DNA of 64,000 bases, from the IMG/VR virus record IMGVR_UViG_3300042892_003674; one strand, 5' to 3'. Source of the DNA: a virus (Duplodnaviria > Heunggongvirae > Uroviricota > Caudoviricetes). Of the stretch, positions 36,504 through 46,640 are shown piece by piece. The notes beneath the pieces are model-generated. The model saw only the letters and a list, made by a program, of their open reading frames with translations, was not told the origin of the DNA and ran no database searches. Every line of letters starts with the position of its first letter. Positions within the stretch are counted from its first letter, which is position 1. The position numbers and the translations under genes are program-made.

Positions 36504-37241
36504 ATGAGATACATTAAAAAATTCAATGAGAGCTTCTTAGACAGATTAGAAGCTGCTGTTAAAGGTAAATCTGATAAGGGTAAACTTATTGGAGAAATGT
36601 TAAAAAAACAAAATATTACAGAACAGGGATTTGCTTATACATTCAGATATATGGGTGGGGATCTTACTGATGAAACAAAAAGTCATCCAATTTCATACTT
36701 GGTAAATTATAAACCAAATGAAGGTAAATTAAAAGTTGAAGGTGGTAAAGTTTTACTAACTGATGAAATGTTTAATGATAAAAAAGTTGTAAATGTTATT
36801 CCAATGTTGGATAAAGAAATTGCGGCAGAAGGAAAGACAGAATTAGAAGAACATGGTCGTATTTGGTCAAGTGCGGTAATTAAATTTGATTATAAGTTTG
36901 ACTTAGCTGCAGAGAATCCAACTCTAACATTCTCAAACGCTTTACTTTTTGATATAGAAAAAGGAACTTGGGTAAAAAATGAAGATATAAAAATAGATAC
37001 GGTTGAAATACTTGATGGTGAAGTAAATCCAGAAACTGAAAAAGCACTTGCTGACTCATTAGCAGGTACTGTTTGGAATCAAGAATTGGTTACTACTTAT
37101 AAAACATTTATTGATGAATGTAATAAAAGAAAAGATATTGTAGATATTATTTCAAAACATCATTCGGGTGTTGAAAAACCAGAGACAACACAAGAACCAG
37201 CAGTTGCAGAAAGTGTCATTACAAAATTTAATAGATTTTAA
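36504..37241 (+). CDS. Hypothetical protein; N-terminal signature family.
   Basis: 245 aa; MRYIKKFNESFLDRLE. Confidence 0.8.
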   Translation: MRYIKKFNESFLDRLEAAVKGKSDKGKLIGEMLKKQNITEQGFAYTFRYMGGDLTDETKSHPISYLVNYKPNEGKLKVEGGKVLLTDEMFNDKKVVNVIPMLDKEIAAEGKTELEEHGRIWSSAVIKFDYKFDLAAENPTLTFSNALLFDIEKGTWVKNEDIKIDTVEILDGEVNPETEKALADSLAGTVWNQELVTTYKTFIDECNKRKDIVDIISKHHSGVEKPETTQEPAVAESVITKFNRF

Positions 37242-37242
37242 T

Positions 37243-37272
37243 AAAAAAACCACTCATTTGAGTGGTTTTTCT
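37243..37272. terminator. Bidirectional intrinsic terminator between convergent genes.
   Basis: aaaaaaACCACTCatttGAGTGGTttttc. Confidence 0.7.
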
Positions 37273-37273
37273 T

Positions 37274-37831
37274 TTAGTAATTTTCTTTTACCCAGTCAAC
37301 TAATTTTAGTAAGTTTTCTGTATTGTTTGGATATCTGTCTAACATAGACTCTAAGAATTTTAATCTTCCATCTTTATAAGCATCACCATATGCTTTATAC
37401 TCATTAAAAATTCCATTTTCCCATTCTAATAATTGGTCGAAATCTCTTTCAACAATATTCATATCATAGTGATTAAATGATTCTGAAAGGTTTGTAGTAG
37501 CTTCATGATTTTTAGTATCTAAAATCATTTGTCTAATTTCTTTATTATCTTTACTATCTTTATCTTGACAACATTCTATAAAGAAGTCTGCAGATCTTTC
37601 TTCATTATCAGTTTTCATTGGATCATAAATACAATCATGAAAAAGTGCAGTAATTAGTAATTTTTCATATTCTTTTTGAGAGTATTTAGATTTTCCCTCA
37701 TTGATTTGTTCAATTAAATCATTTAAGTGATTTAATGTGTGATAAGAACGATGTGACTCATTCCACATAGCTAGTAGTGTAGTAACATCACATTTAATAT
37801 TCCATTCGTTTAATAGTTCTTGTAAATCCAT
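37274..37831 (-). CDS. HD-domain phosphohydrolase.
   Basis: 185 aa; H...HD motif (YHTLNHLND ... ALFHDCIYDP). Confidence 0.7.
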   Translation of the reverse strand: MDLQELLNEWNIKCDVTTLLAMWNESHRSYHTLNHLNDLIEQINEGKSKYSQKEYEKLLITALFHDCIYDPMKTDNEERSADFFIECCQDKDSKDNKEIRQMILDTKNHEATTNLSESFNHYDMNIVERDFDQLLEWENGIFNEYKAYGDAYKDGRLKFLESMLDRYPNNTENLLKLVDWVKENY

Positions 37832-37835
37832 TTAT

Positions 37836-38240
37836 TTAATTATTTTTATAAAAATCGACTTTATATCGATTTGCAATTTCTTCAGCTTTATTTAAGAAAG
37901 GTTCCGTTACATAAAATACCCATTTAAAACCAGGATACTGTTGATTTATGTCAATTACTGACATATAACTACCAAATATTTCCTTACCATCTACATCTTC
38001 TTTTTTACCAATTAAATCACCATTAGTGTCAACAAACTTTGGAATACTTGCAAATCCTTGTTTGTACATTAGATCATCCATTTCTTTACGAATTTTATCT
38101 CTTGTTTGCCAACTAGTTTTTATGAAATCAACTACTACACTTGGATAGATAGTTTTTTCTTCACCTCTACTATTATTAAATGTTATTGGTGATACAATGA
38201 AATCATCATCTAAACTCTCATTAAATTTTCTTATACGCAT
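37836..38240 (-). CDS. Hypothetical protein; N-terminal signature family.
   Basis: 134 aa; MRIRKFNESLDDDF. Confidence 0.7.
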   Translation of the reverse strand: MRIRKFNESLDDDFIVSPITFNNSRGEEKTIYPSVVVDFIKTSWQTRDKIRKEMDDLMYKQGFASIPKFVDTNGDLIGKKEDVDGKEIFGSYMSVIDINQQYPGFKWVFYVTEPFLNKAEEIANRYKVDFYKNN

Positions 38241-38258
38241 AAACTATATATTAAATAT
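38241..38258 (-). promoter_or_regulatory. Upstream motif TTTAATATATAGTTTATG, the exact 17-mer.
   Basis: Minus strand reads ATATTTAATATATAGTTT followed by the ATG at 38240. Confidence 0.5.
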
Positions 38259-38479
38259 TCTTTTTATACTTTCTTTACGAGAATATTTTATTCCTAATTT
38301 CTTATATGAATTCATCATATTAGTCATATGAGTATAAACATTTATACTACCCGTTCTTCTTGGTTTTAATAAGTACACTTTTTATTATCTTTTTTCTTTT
38401 AGCTGGTCTCATTAAAAAATTTATAGTTGACTGAAAGTTTTTCATAACATCATTATAAGTAGTTGCCCCTCTATCCATA

Positions 38480-38734
38480 CTATTTTTTTAAAATTTCATC
38501 AATTTTAGCTTCCCTTTTGGCCGCTTTTTCTCTTAATAAACGAGCATCTCTTTCTTGTTCGGTTTCTTCTCTTTTTTCAGACTTATCTGCTTTATAGGAT
38601 AAAAGATCACTAAACAGACTATTATAGTACGTGTTACCATATTTATCTACTTTCATATAACTACCTAAATCGTAGTATTTATCTTTTACACTATATGATT
38701 TTCTAAAATCATCAAAATAATTTTTATCGTTCAT
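38480..38734 (-). CDS. Hypothetical small protein.
   Basis: 84 aa; Lys/Glu-rich C-terminus. Confidence 0.5.
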   Translation of the reverse strand: MNDKNYFDDFRKSYSVKDKYYDLGSYMKVDKYGNTYYNSLFSDLLSYKADKSEKREETEQERDARLLREKAAKREAKIDEILKK

Positions 38735-38751
38735 TATATTTATTTATTTAT

Positions 38752-39471
38752 TTATTTGTTTATTTGATTAAAAATATATTGCATTCCTTTTGTGGCAACT
38801 TTTTTCACGTGATGGAAATAAGGTAATTTGTAGTCTGGTATATCATACATAATCATATCTATATTAGATGGTTCAATATAATATACAGGTACTTTCACAT
38901 CTGTTAGAAATGGAATTTCATTTGCAGGTGAAACTTGTAATGAAGTTCCCACTATTATACAATAGTCACATTGTTCTGCTGCTTTTATTGCAGAGTTTAT
39001 ATAGTCTTGATTTAACATTTCTCCAAACCAAACGATATGAGGTCTTAATTGAGAGCCTTTATCACATTTATCTCCGATATTTACATCTTCTGTCCAATCA
39101 TAGATCAATCTTGGATCTAATGTTGAACGTACTTTAGTTAGTTCACCGTGTAAGTGTATTATGTTGGTAGATCCTGCTCTTTCGTGTAAGTCGTCGACAT
39201 TCTGTGTAACTACGGTTACATCAAATTCATTTTCTAATTCTGCAATAAGTCTATGTGCTAAGTTTGGTTTTACTTCTTTTAATTGAGCTCTACGCTCATT
39301 ATAGAATTTTAATACTAATTCTTTATCTTTTCGCCATGCATCAATAGTGGCAACATCTTCAATCTTGAAGTTATTCCACAAACTTTCCTTAGAATCTCTA
39401 AATGTCTCAATTCCACTTTCTTTAGAAACACCTGCACCAGAGAATACTAATATTTTTCTTTTATTATTCAT
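38752..39471 (-). CDS. Sir2-family NAD-dependent protein deacylase (CobB-like sirtuin).
   Basis: 239 aa; GAGVSKESGIETFRD, HLHGEL, PHIVWFGE, VGTSLQVSPA. Confidence 0.85.
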   Translation of the reverse strand: MNNKRKILVFSGAGVSKESGIETFRDSKESLWNNFKIEDVATIDAWRKDKELVLKFYNERRAQLKEVKPNLAHRLIAELENEFDVTVVTQNVDDLHERAGSTNIIHLHGELTKVRSTLDPRLIYDWTEDVNIGDKCDKGSQLRPHIVWFGEMLNQDYINSAIKAAEQCDYCIIVGTSLQVSPANEIPFLTDVKVPVYYIEPSNIDMIMYDIPDYKLPYFHHVKKVATKGMQYIFNQINK

Positions 39472-39517
39472 ATTTAATTATACTTAAAAGGATAAAATTA
39501 GTTTAGATACTATTAAT

Positions 39518-39533
39518 AAATTTATATATAGAT
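39518..39533 (+). promoter_or_regulatory. Upstream motif AAATTTATATATAGAT.
   Basis: 18 nt before the ATG at 39551. Confidence 0.35.
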
Positions 39534-39550
39534 AAAAACTAAACCGTTTA

Positions 39551-42500
39551 ATGAGTTCAACAAATTTAGTGAAAAAAAATCTATTCACCAAACCTTATTT
39601 AATAACCTTAGATGAATTAAATCAAATTGGTCAAGATATTAATTTAGTAGGATATGATCCACAATTAAATCTAACAAGTGATGATACCAATGTTGTTTTA
39701 AGATATGGTATACCTTGTAGTCCTAAACTTTTAAATTGGGTTGAACCTTATCAAATTGCAGGTATTGATTATACCTTATTTTATACAGAGGTTAATTCTG
39801 GATTTAGTATAGGAGATAGAGTATTTATAATAAATGGTACTTATGATAGTAATTTACTAATAACAAGTGATAAGTATAAAAAAGGTCATGACGGTTATAA
39901 AGTATTATTTGTAGATAAATGTCAGGTTGTATTAGACATAGAGTTTAATGGTATTTTGCCTAGTAATGAGACAACAGAACCTAGTGATGATTTAGATAAT
40001 TTAATTAAGGTTTACTATGTTAAAGATCAGAATGATTTTATTCATGTAAATAGACAGATTACAACTCGTGGAGATAACTTTGACTATAGATTTAATAGGA
40101 ATCAAAATAATATAATATTTTCTGAAAAACAAAGTTATGATCCAACTGGACCTTGGGGTGAGTCTTTAGGTTTATTAAATGGACCTGGATTTTTTATTAA
40201 AAATGGAACAGCAAGTTGGATAAATATAAGCAATGACTTTATGGTCGGTTCATATTCTATTGCGACTGCAAGTGATGCAAGTAATAAAATAGTTATATTA
40301 AATAATAGTTTTGAATTTCAAGGTTATGCATTTCAGGAAAATTTAGTTTATAGTTATGAAACAATTGGTACATTTTCTGGTTGGCAGGTAAATGTAAAAC
40401 ATGAAAATAAAAATGTTCCTCTAATATCTAAATCTAACTTTAGAAATGGTACTTTTAATGGAAATTGGAATGGTGGTATTTATGGTAGTAATGATAAAAG
40501 AATTACTTGGGGTTCTACCTCATCTATTTGGAACTCAGGTACTTTATTAAATACTATTTGGGAAAAGGGTATAATGGAGTCTAAACAAAGTCAACCACAA
40601 AGTTTTATTGCAGAATTTGATAGTATTGTAGGTACTTTTGGATCACCATACCAAAGATCAACTAATCCAGATAATGATGGATATGGTTATAACTTTGTTA
40701 TAAATTCAGAGATAAGAAATGCAATTATCAATAATGCAAATGTTAGTAATTCAGTATTAGGTACATCATCTATAACATATTCAATTGTAGAAGAACATCT
40801 AAGAGGAACACTGACATCACAATTTATTCAGGATAATTTTAGTGATACACTTATAAATAAGGCTTACTTTGAAAGTTGTGGTATTCAAAATGCTAATATA
40901 CAAAACTCAGTTGTAAAAAATTCAAGAGTTGAGAATAGTAGGTTTTATAATGTTAAGTCTATAAATACACAATATAAAAAGTCTTTATTTAAAAACTCTA
41001 ATTATATTAGTGATAATAAAATAAAAATATTACATTTTGAGGAAACAGATTTTAGTCAAAATGGTACAATACCAACACATAGAATTTATAAGTTCTATGT
41101 GAATAAAAGAAGTTATGAGAAATTTAAGTTTAAAGATTCCTTTTATATAAATGGATTAAAAATAAATAATGGTAGTAATTCATTACTTAACTTCTTTGAT
41201 AAAAAGTTTAAAATTGGTCCATATATTGATTATGTTGATCAATTTGATACTGCTAATCAAAAATGGTATAAAAGAGGATTTGAATATAATTGTTCAATTT
41301 CAACATCTAAGGAAAATGAATATCTATCTGATGTTGATATTGCTTTTACAAATTCAAATATTACAACTAACGAAGATCCATTTGGTTATTCAATTGATAT
41401 TTTTGTTTCTATAAATGATATTCAAGGTATTGCACAAACAGTTTATTCATATTCTGATATTATTGATTATTCAGAGGCATATATTTTAAATTCTGATTTT
41501 GAAAGTGGTGTTTTTGAGAATTCTAATTGGAATAGTGGTAATCACTTCAATTTTAGTAGTGATGTAAATATAACGTATAGTAAATCTAATAACCCTTTTT
41601 GGTATCTTGGTAATAGTGGAGATATTTCAAATAATGGTGGTTATTATGATATGTCATTAATTAGTGGAACATCATCTTTAAATGTTACTACACTTTACTC
41701 ATATAATCCTAATACTGGTAATAAATATCCTGAATTAGAAGAAGATTACTTGGCAATAAATGAAGTAGTATTTTTAAATGCAGTAGACTATGATACTAGA
41801 GGAAAGGTAGTAAGTATTACATTCTCTGGTACTGGTTCAAACTATTTAGGTGCTAGTAATTTATCTACTGTATATACTGGTTCTGGAACAGGACTAACTG
41901 TTGATATTACGGCAAGTCTTATTGGTTCAGTAACAGGCTTCAGTATAATATATGAAGGCTCTGGATTCCCAGATCCAAATTTGAACACTTATAGTACCTC
42001 TACTAACTCTACAGGAACTGGACTACAATTCAATATGGTTGGTGGTAATACCGCTTCTATATCTATTGAAAGTGCTGGATTAGGTTATACGGTAGGTGCA
42101 ACAGTATCTATGTTAAGAGGTGGTTTTGGTTATGATAATGATATTATTATGATTACTTCTGTAAATAATGGTGCTGTTTTATCAGTAAACGTTAATTATC
42201 CAGGTTTAGGTTATTCAGAAGGTGATATATTGACAATTCTTCAACCATTATCAAATAACAATGCAACTTTTTCGGTAACTGGAATAACTGGTTCACTGAC
42301 TAGATTACCAGATCAGTATAAAATAGTTAAAGATCTACCACAGGGTAATTATCAACTACAAGAAATTATTGCAACTGGTTCAACTAGTGTTTTACCTAAT
42401 TTATTACCAAATGGTAAATTTAGTTCATATGATGCAAATAATAGATATGGATATCTACATAAGACTAAATTCTATAGATCAAAAATAGTATCAGGTATAT

Positions 42501-44929
42501 TCAAAAAAGCTTATTTTAATACATCTTTAATTAAAAATGAATTATATGATGTTAGTGATAGAGATTTTAATAATATTGAAAAGATAAAAAATTTACTTAT
42601 AGTAGACTCGATATTTTCAGGTAATTCAAATATACTATCTAAGGCAACTTATATGAATTCATTTTTTGTTAATAACTCTGATATATGGGAAAATGGTATT
42701 TTATATAACTCTATCTGGAATGGTATGACATTTACTAATGGGTTAGTTAAATCATCAACTTGGTTAGACGGTATATTTAGTAACGGTCTATTCTATACTT
42801 CAAATAGTTTTGATGATGCTGATCAAAAAGCTTATAATCAAAATAATATAAATTCATTTTATAAGAGTGGTATCACTAAAAATGGTCTATTTAATAATAG
42901 ATTATCTTGGCAAAAAGGTACTTTCTTAAATGGTGAGTTCTATAAAAGTGATTGGGAAGATGGTCAGTTTAATGGAGGTAAATTTTATTACTCAAAATTC
43001 TATGGTGGTTTTATAAATGGTGGTATAATAGGAGATAAATCAATAGCTACTACTTATACTAAAGTTTATAGTGGTACTATAAATTATACAACTGTTGAGA
43101 ATGCCGAAGTTAGTGCTCAACCTACTAATAATATTACTAATGCAAGTACTAGTATTCAATGGAATAATGGTATATTTAATGGTGGTATTTTTAGTACATT
43201 TGATAGTTCTAATATCGCTACTTGGTCTGGTGGTATATTTAATGGTGGTGATTTCACAGGAACTGCAAAATGGTTAAATGGTATATTTAATGGTGGTAAA
43301 TTTACATCGATATATAACTCAAATATACTTAATTTATATGATGTAACAGATATTAGAAGCAACTATTCTTGGGAGTATGGTGTTTTTAACGGTGGTGAGT
43401 TTGGAACAGGAACTATAACAAATTCTAGTTGGTTTGATGGAGAGTTTAATGGAGGTTATTTTAAAGGTAAAGTTTGGAATAATGGAGTATTTACATTTGG
43501 TGAGTTTTCTGGAAGTGGTAAAACACAATCTGGTTATTATGCAACGGGCGGTACTGAATCAGGTAGTGCACAACAATTTGTATCATCTTTTGGTACTGTT
43601 ATAAATCCTAACACATATGGTATTTGGAAAGATGGTTTTGTAACAGATACCAAGGATAGATATATCAATAGAAGAATGTTTAGTGATTTAAAAAGAGTTA
43701 GTGATACGGATAAAATTATAAAATCTGCTTTAATAAGAGATGTGATTTGGATGAATGGAACATTCAGTCATCCAAGTGGAACTATACAAAACTCTGTTTG
43801 GTTAGATGGTACATTTGAAAATGGTACATTTAAGTCAAGTTCATTTAATCCATATGTAACTAGAAATATATTTTCACAACCTTTGGCTGCTAAAACTTTT
43901 AGTATTAGTGATACTTGTATTTGGAAAAATGGTAATCTTGTAGATAGTGATTTTTATATATCAAATTGGGAGAATGGTAACTTTATATCAGGAAATGGAT
44001 ATGGTATGATTTGGAAAAATGGTATCGTAAGTTATATGAATGCTTATAATATTTTCTGGGAGAATGGTCTTTGGAGAAATGGTAACTGGTATGGATCTAA
44101 CTTCAATCTAAATACAGATGGTAGTATAACTAATGATTTTGCAAGACAGATTCTATTTAGAGGTATGAATTGGGGAGGTACATCATCTTCTCATGTTTGG
44201 AATGTTTTCTATAATGAATTATTATCAGATGTCAATAGTAGTATAGAGTCACCTGCAAATAATGTGGCTTGGTCACCTGATCCTAATGCAGTTATTGATA
44301 ACACACCACCAGTTTGGTTAGGTAGTTCTACATTTGGTACACCACTGGCACCAACAAATCCAATAACTATAGTATATTTTGATACTGGTTTAAATACTGA
44401 TAGAGTAGATACCGATATTTCAATAAAAACTTTATTGACAAGTAATATAAGTAATTTAACTGCTCTTGCAGAATGGCAAATTAGTACAGATAATATAAAT
44501 TGGAGTTTTTATTCTTTAGTAACTACAACTGATAATTTATATACGTTTACTCCTCCTGGTGATAGTTATTTTAGAATTAAGGATGGTTTGTTAAATTCTA
44601 ATGTTTTAAAACATACACAAGTATCTGCAACATATGTATTAAATATGTCTAATCAACCAGCAGAACCTAATAATCCTTATGTTGTGGGTAGTGTAATAGT
44701 TAATGTAGCACCAGTAACACTAATCTTAGATGTATTTGGTGGTGTTTCTAGTGGTAATACTAGTAAAGGTGAAATTCAAATAAACTCGGTATCTATTCAT
44801 ACTACAGCAACAGCACCACAATATCAACATATATACTATTCAGTAGTAATAAATACAACCGGTACACATATGATAACTCTTATTGGTACATTTGCTGGTA
44901 ATTCAGGTAACTACGTTAGAATAGACTAA
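39551..44929 (+). CDS. Giant structural (tail-fibre-like) protein with W/F-NGG repeats.
   Basis: 1792 aa with many repeats of the form (W)xNG(I/V/L)FNGGxF(T/S), for example GIFNGGIFSTF, GGIFNGGDFTG, NGIFNGGKFTS, YGVFNGGEFGT, DGEFNGGYFKG. Confidence 0.9.
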   Translation: MSSTNLVKKNLFTKPYLITLDELNQIGQDINLVGYDPQLNLTSDDTNVVLRYGIPCSPKLLNWVEPYQIAGIDYTLFYTEVNSGFSIGDRVFIINGTYDSNLLITSDKYKKGHDGYKVLFVDKCQVVLDIEFNGILPSNETTEPSDDLDNLIKVYYVKDQNDFIHVNRQITTRGDNFDYRFNRNQNNIIFSEKQSYDPTGPWGESLGLLNGPGFFIKNGTASWINISNDFMVGSYSIATASDASNKIVILNNSFEFQGYAFQENLVYSYETIGTFSGWQVNVKHENKNVPLISKSNFRNGTFNGNWNGGIYGSNDKRITWGSTSSIWNSGTLLNTIWEKGIMESKQSQPQSFIAEFDSIVGTFGSPYQRSTNPDNDGYGYNFVINSEIRNAIINNANVSNSVLGTSSITYSIVEEHLRGTLTSQFIQDNFSDTLINKAYFESCGIQNANIQNSVVKNSRVENSRFYNVKSINTQYKKSLFKNSNYISDNKIKILHFEETDFSQNGTIPTHRIYKFYVNKRSYEKFKFKDSFYINGLKINNGSNSLLNFFDKKFKIGPYIDYVDQFDTANQKWYKRGFEYNCSISTSKENEYLSDVDIAFTNSNITTNEDPFGYSIDIFVSINDIQGIAQTVYSYSDIIDYSEAYILNSDFESGVFENSNWNSGNHFNFSSDVNITYSKSNNPFWYLGNSGDISNNGGYYDMSLISGTSSLNVTTLYSYNPNTGNKYPELEEDYLAINEVVFLNAVDYDTRGKVVSITFSGTGSNYLGASNLSTVYTGSGTGLTVDITASLIGSVTGFSIIYEGSGFPDPNLNTYSTSTNSTGTGLQFNMVGGNTASISIESAGLGYTVGATVSMLRGGFGYDNDIIMITSVNNGAVLSVNVNYPGLGYSEGDILTILQPLSNNNATFSVTGITGSLTRLPDQYKIVKDLPQGNYQLQEIIATGSTSVLPNLLPNGKFSSYDANNRYGYLHKTKFYRSKIVSGIFKKAYFNTSLIKNELYDVSDRDFNNIEKIKNLLIVDSIFSGNSNILSKATYMNSFFVNNSDIWENGILYNSIWNGMTFTNGLVKSSTWLDGIFSNGLFYTSNSFDDADQKAYNQNNINSFYKSGITKNGLFNNRLSWQKGTFLNGEFYKSDWEDGQFNGGKFYYSKFYGGFINGGIIGDKSIATTYTKVYSGTINYTTVENAEVSAQPTNNITNASTSIQWNNGIFNGGIFSTFDSSNIATWSGGIFNGGDFTGTAKWLNGIFNGGKFTSIYNSNILNLYDVTDIRSNYSWEYGVFNGGEFGTGTITNSSWFDGEFNGGYFKGKVWNNGVFTFGEFSGSGKTQSGYYATGGTESGSAQQFVSSFGTVINPNTYGIWKDGFVTDTKDRYINRRMFSDLKRVSDTDKIIKSALIRDVIWMNGTFSHPSGTIQNSVWLDGTFENGTFKSSSFNPYVTRNIFSQPLAAKTFSISDTCIWKNGNLVDSDFYISNWENGNFISGNGYGMIWKNGIVSYMNAYNIFWENGLWRNGNWYGSNFNLNTDGSITNDFARQILFRGMNWGGTSSSHVWNVFYNELLSDVNSSIESPANNVAWSPDPNAVIDNTPPVWLGSSTFGTPLAPTNPITIVYFDTGLNTDRVDTDISIKTLLTSNISNLTALAEWQISTDNINWSFYSLVTTTDNLYTFTPPGDSYFRIKDGLLNSNVLKHTQVSATYVLNMSNQPAEPNNPYVVGSVIVNVAPVTLILDVFGGVSSGNTSKGEIQINSVSIHTTATAPQYQHIYYSVVINTTGTHMITLIGTFAGNSGNYVRID

Positions 44930-44951
44930 AAAATATAATAAATAATATAAT

Positions 44952-46601
44952 ATGACACCAATAATATTAGAATGGTCAAACGCATTTGACGTAGATAATA
45001 ATATAACCGGATATGAGTTATCGTATAAAACAACTGGATCTTGGATATCCTTACCATTTATAACATCCTCACAAACAAGTGGGAGTTATAGTTTCACACC
45101 AACACAACAAGTTACTCATTCATTTAGAATAAGAGTTCGTGATTCATTTTCTGCTGTTAGTTCATATAAATATTTTAATTATGTAATTAGTGCAGAATAT
45201 CAAATATCAAGTGTTTATTATAATAATACTTTCGATGAAAATAATGACGTACGTGATACATGTCAGATTGTATCAGATCCAACAAATACTTACACAGATA
45301 TTTATCTTAGTAGTGCACCACCTGCTGTTGGAGTTATTGTTTATACAGATCAACAACAAACAAACGATTATTTTGGACATAATGAATATTGGATAATTAA
45401 ATCACCATCTGGATTACACTATTCATGTTGGATAGATGATTTTGGCGTTATCCAGGCGGTATATTTATGTGGTGCAAATAGTGCACAGATTTCGGCAAAT
45501 GCACCAAACTGGTTAGGTCGTTTGGCTGCATCACAAACCTGTGGATTAGCACTTACTGGTACTGTATATTGGGATTCACAGTATTCTTTTGCGGTTGGTA
45601 CAATATTATATACAGATCCATTATTCACGACACCATTAAACGGTCAATCAAGATTCTTTCGTATGGAATATACTAATTCACTTGGGTTGACTTTAACAAA
45701 GATTGTAAAAGTTGGTAATCTAACAAACCCATCGGTTATAGTTTCTATGGATAATGTATCTACTGTGTGTTCTGCACTTTTTATGGCATATAGAACTACA
45801 GGAACGAATTTCAATACTAGTTTGGGTAACTCAATCGATGGAACTTCTTTATGTCAATTATCCCCAAATACAAAATGTTATATAAGGGTAGCAGATCCAA
45901 GTATTATTAGTACTGGTGATATAGTATACACTGTTAGTGGAACGAACGCGGGACCAACCTTTAGTGGAGGTAACCAATATTATAATATGTATATAGCTTT
46001 TGCTGCTAATGGACCAAATACTAATGCAATTTGTCAGGTTGATGATTATGGTGTAATAACAGTGCAAGGATACTGTAGTGGTAGTTCTGCTGGTTGTTGT
46101 TTATTACCCGGTACAAATATAACCTTATTTGATGGTTCTACTATTAGTATAGAAGATATAATTGGTGGTGAATCATTACTAACTTATAATATTGAAGAAT
46201 CAACTTTTGAAGAAGGCTTAGTTACCAATATATTTACTCCAATACATAATGATATTGTAAAACTTGTAATCGGAGATAATACAATAGATTGTACATCAAC
46301 ACATCCTTTCTGGTCAGTAAATAAGAAAGAATGGGTTTCTTTAAATCCTAAAGAAACTATGCTTACTATGAATATAAATATCGAACATTTAGAAATTGGT
46401 GATATTTTATTAAATGAGAGAAATGAAGAAGTTATATTAGATGATATTATACAAATAGATAGTGAAGATATAGTAACTTATGATATTTCAGTAGAACCAA
46501 ATCACACATATTATGCTAATAGTATATTAGTTCATAATAAAACTGATGAAAATGGGAATGACATAATATTTAACCCTATTAATAATTTTACTAACCCTTA
46601 A
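44952..46601 (+). CDS. FN3-like structural protein with a C-terminal Hint (intein-like/BIL) domain.
   Basis: 549 aa. N-terminal fibronectin-III-like fold (ILEWSNAFDVDNNITGYELSYKTTGSW). C-terminal Hint domain, described in the next feature. Confidence 0.9.
   Translation: MTPIILEWSNAFDVDNNITGYELSYKTTGSWISLPFITSSQTSGSYSFTPTQQVTHSFRIRVRDSFSAVSSYKYFNYVISAEYQISSVYYNNTFDENNDVRDTCQIVSDPTNTYTDIYLSSAPPAVGVIVYTDQQQTNDYFGHNEYWIIKSPSGLHYSCWIDDFGVIQAVYLCGANSAQISANAPNWLGRLAASQTCGLALTGTVYWDSQYSFAVGTILYTDPLFTTPLNGQSRFFRMEYTNSLGLTLTKIVKVGNLTNPSVIVSMDNVSTVCSALFMAYRTTGTNFNTSLGNSIDGTSLCQLSPNTKCYIRVADPSIISTGDIVYTVSGTNAGPTFSGGNQYYNMYIAFAANGPNTNAICQVDDYGVITVQGYCSGSSAGCCLLPGTNITLFDGSTISIEDIIGGESLLTYNIEESTFEEGLVTNIFTPIHNDIVKLVIGDNTIDCTSTHPFWSVNKKEWVSLNPKETMLTMNINIEHLEIGDILLNERNEEVILDDIIQIDSEDIVTYDISVEPNHTYYANSILVHNKTDENGNDIIFNPINNFTNP
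46098..46538 (+). other. Hint domain (mini-intein / bacterial intein-like, no endonuclease).
   Basis: Block A CLLPGTNITLFDGSTISIEDI, block B TSTHPFW (TxxH), C-terminal blocks VTYDISVEPNHTYYANSILVHN. The residue after HN is Lys, so canonical splicing is unlikely and only cleavage is expected. Confidence 0.75.
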
Positions 46602-46624
46602 TAACGTGGTTAGACAGTATGAAA

Positions 46625-46640
46625 ATTTAATATATAGTTT
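46625..46640 (+). promoter_or_regulatory. Upstream motif AATTTAATATATAGTTTATG, the exact 17-mer.
   Basis: Ends at the ATG at 46641. Confidence 0.5.

Noticed and set aside
38752-39471. Sir2 as part of an anti-phage (Thoeris or DSR) system.
   Set aside because: It is a compact CobB-like sirtuin with its deacylase motifs intact. There is no TIR, SLOG or large N-terminal domain and no partner gene.
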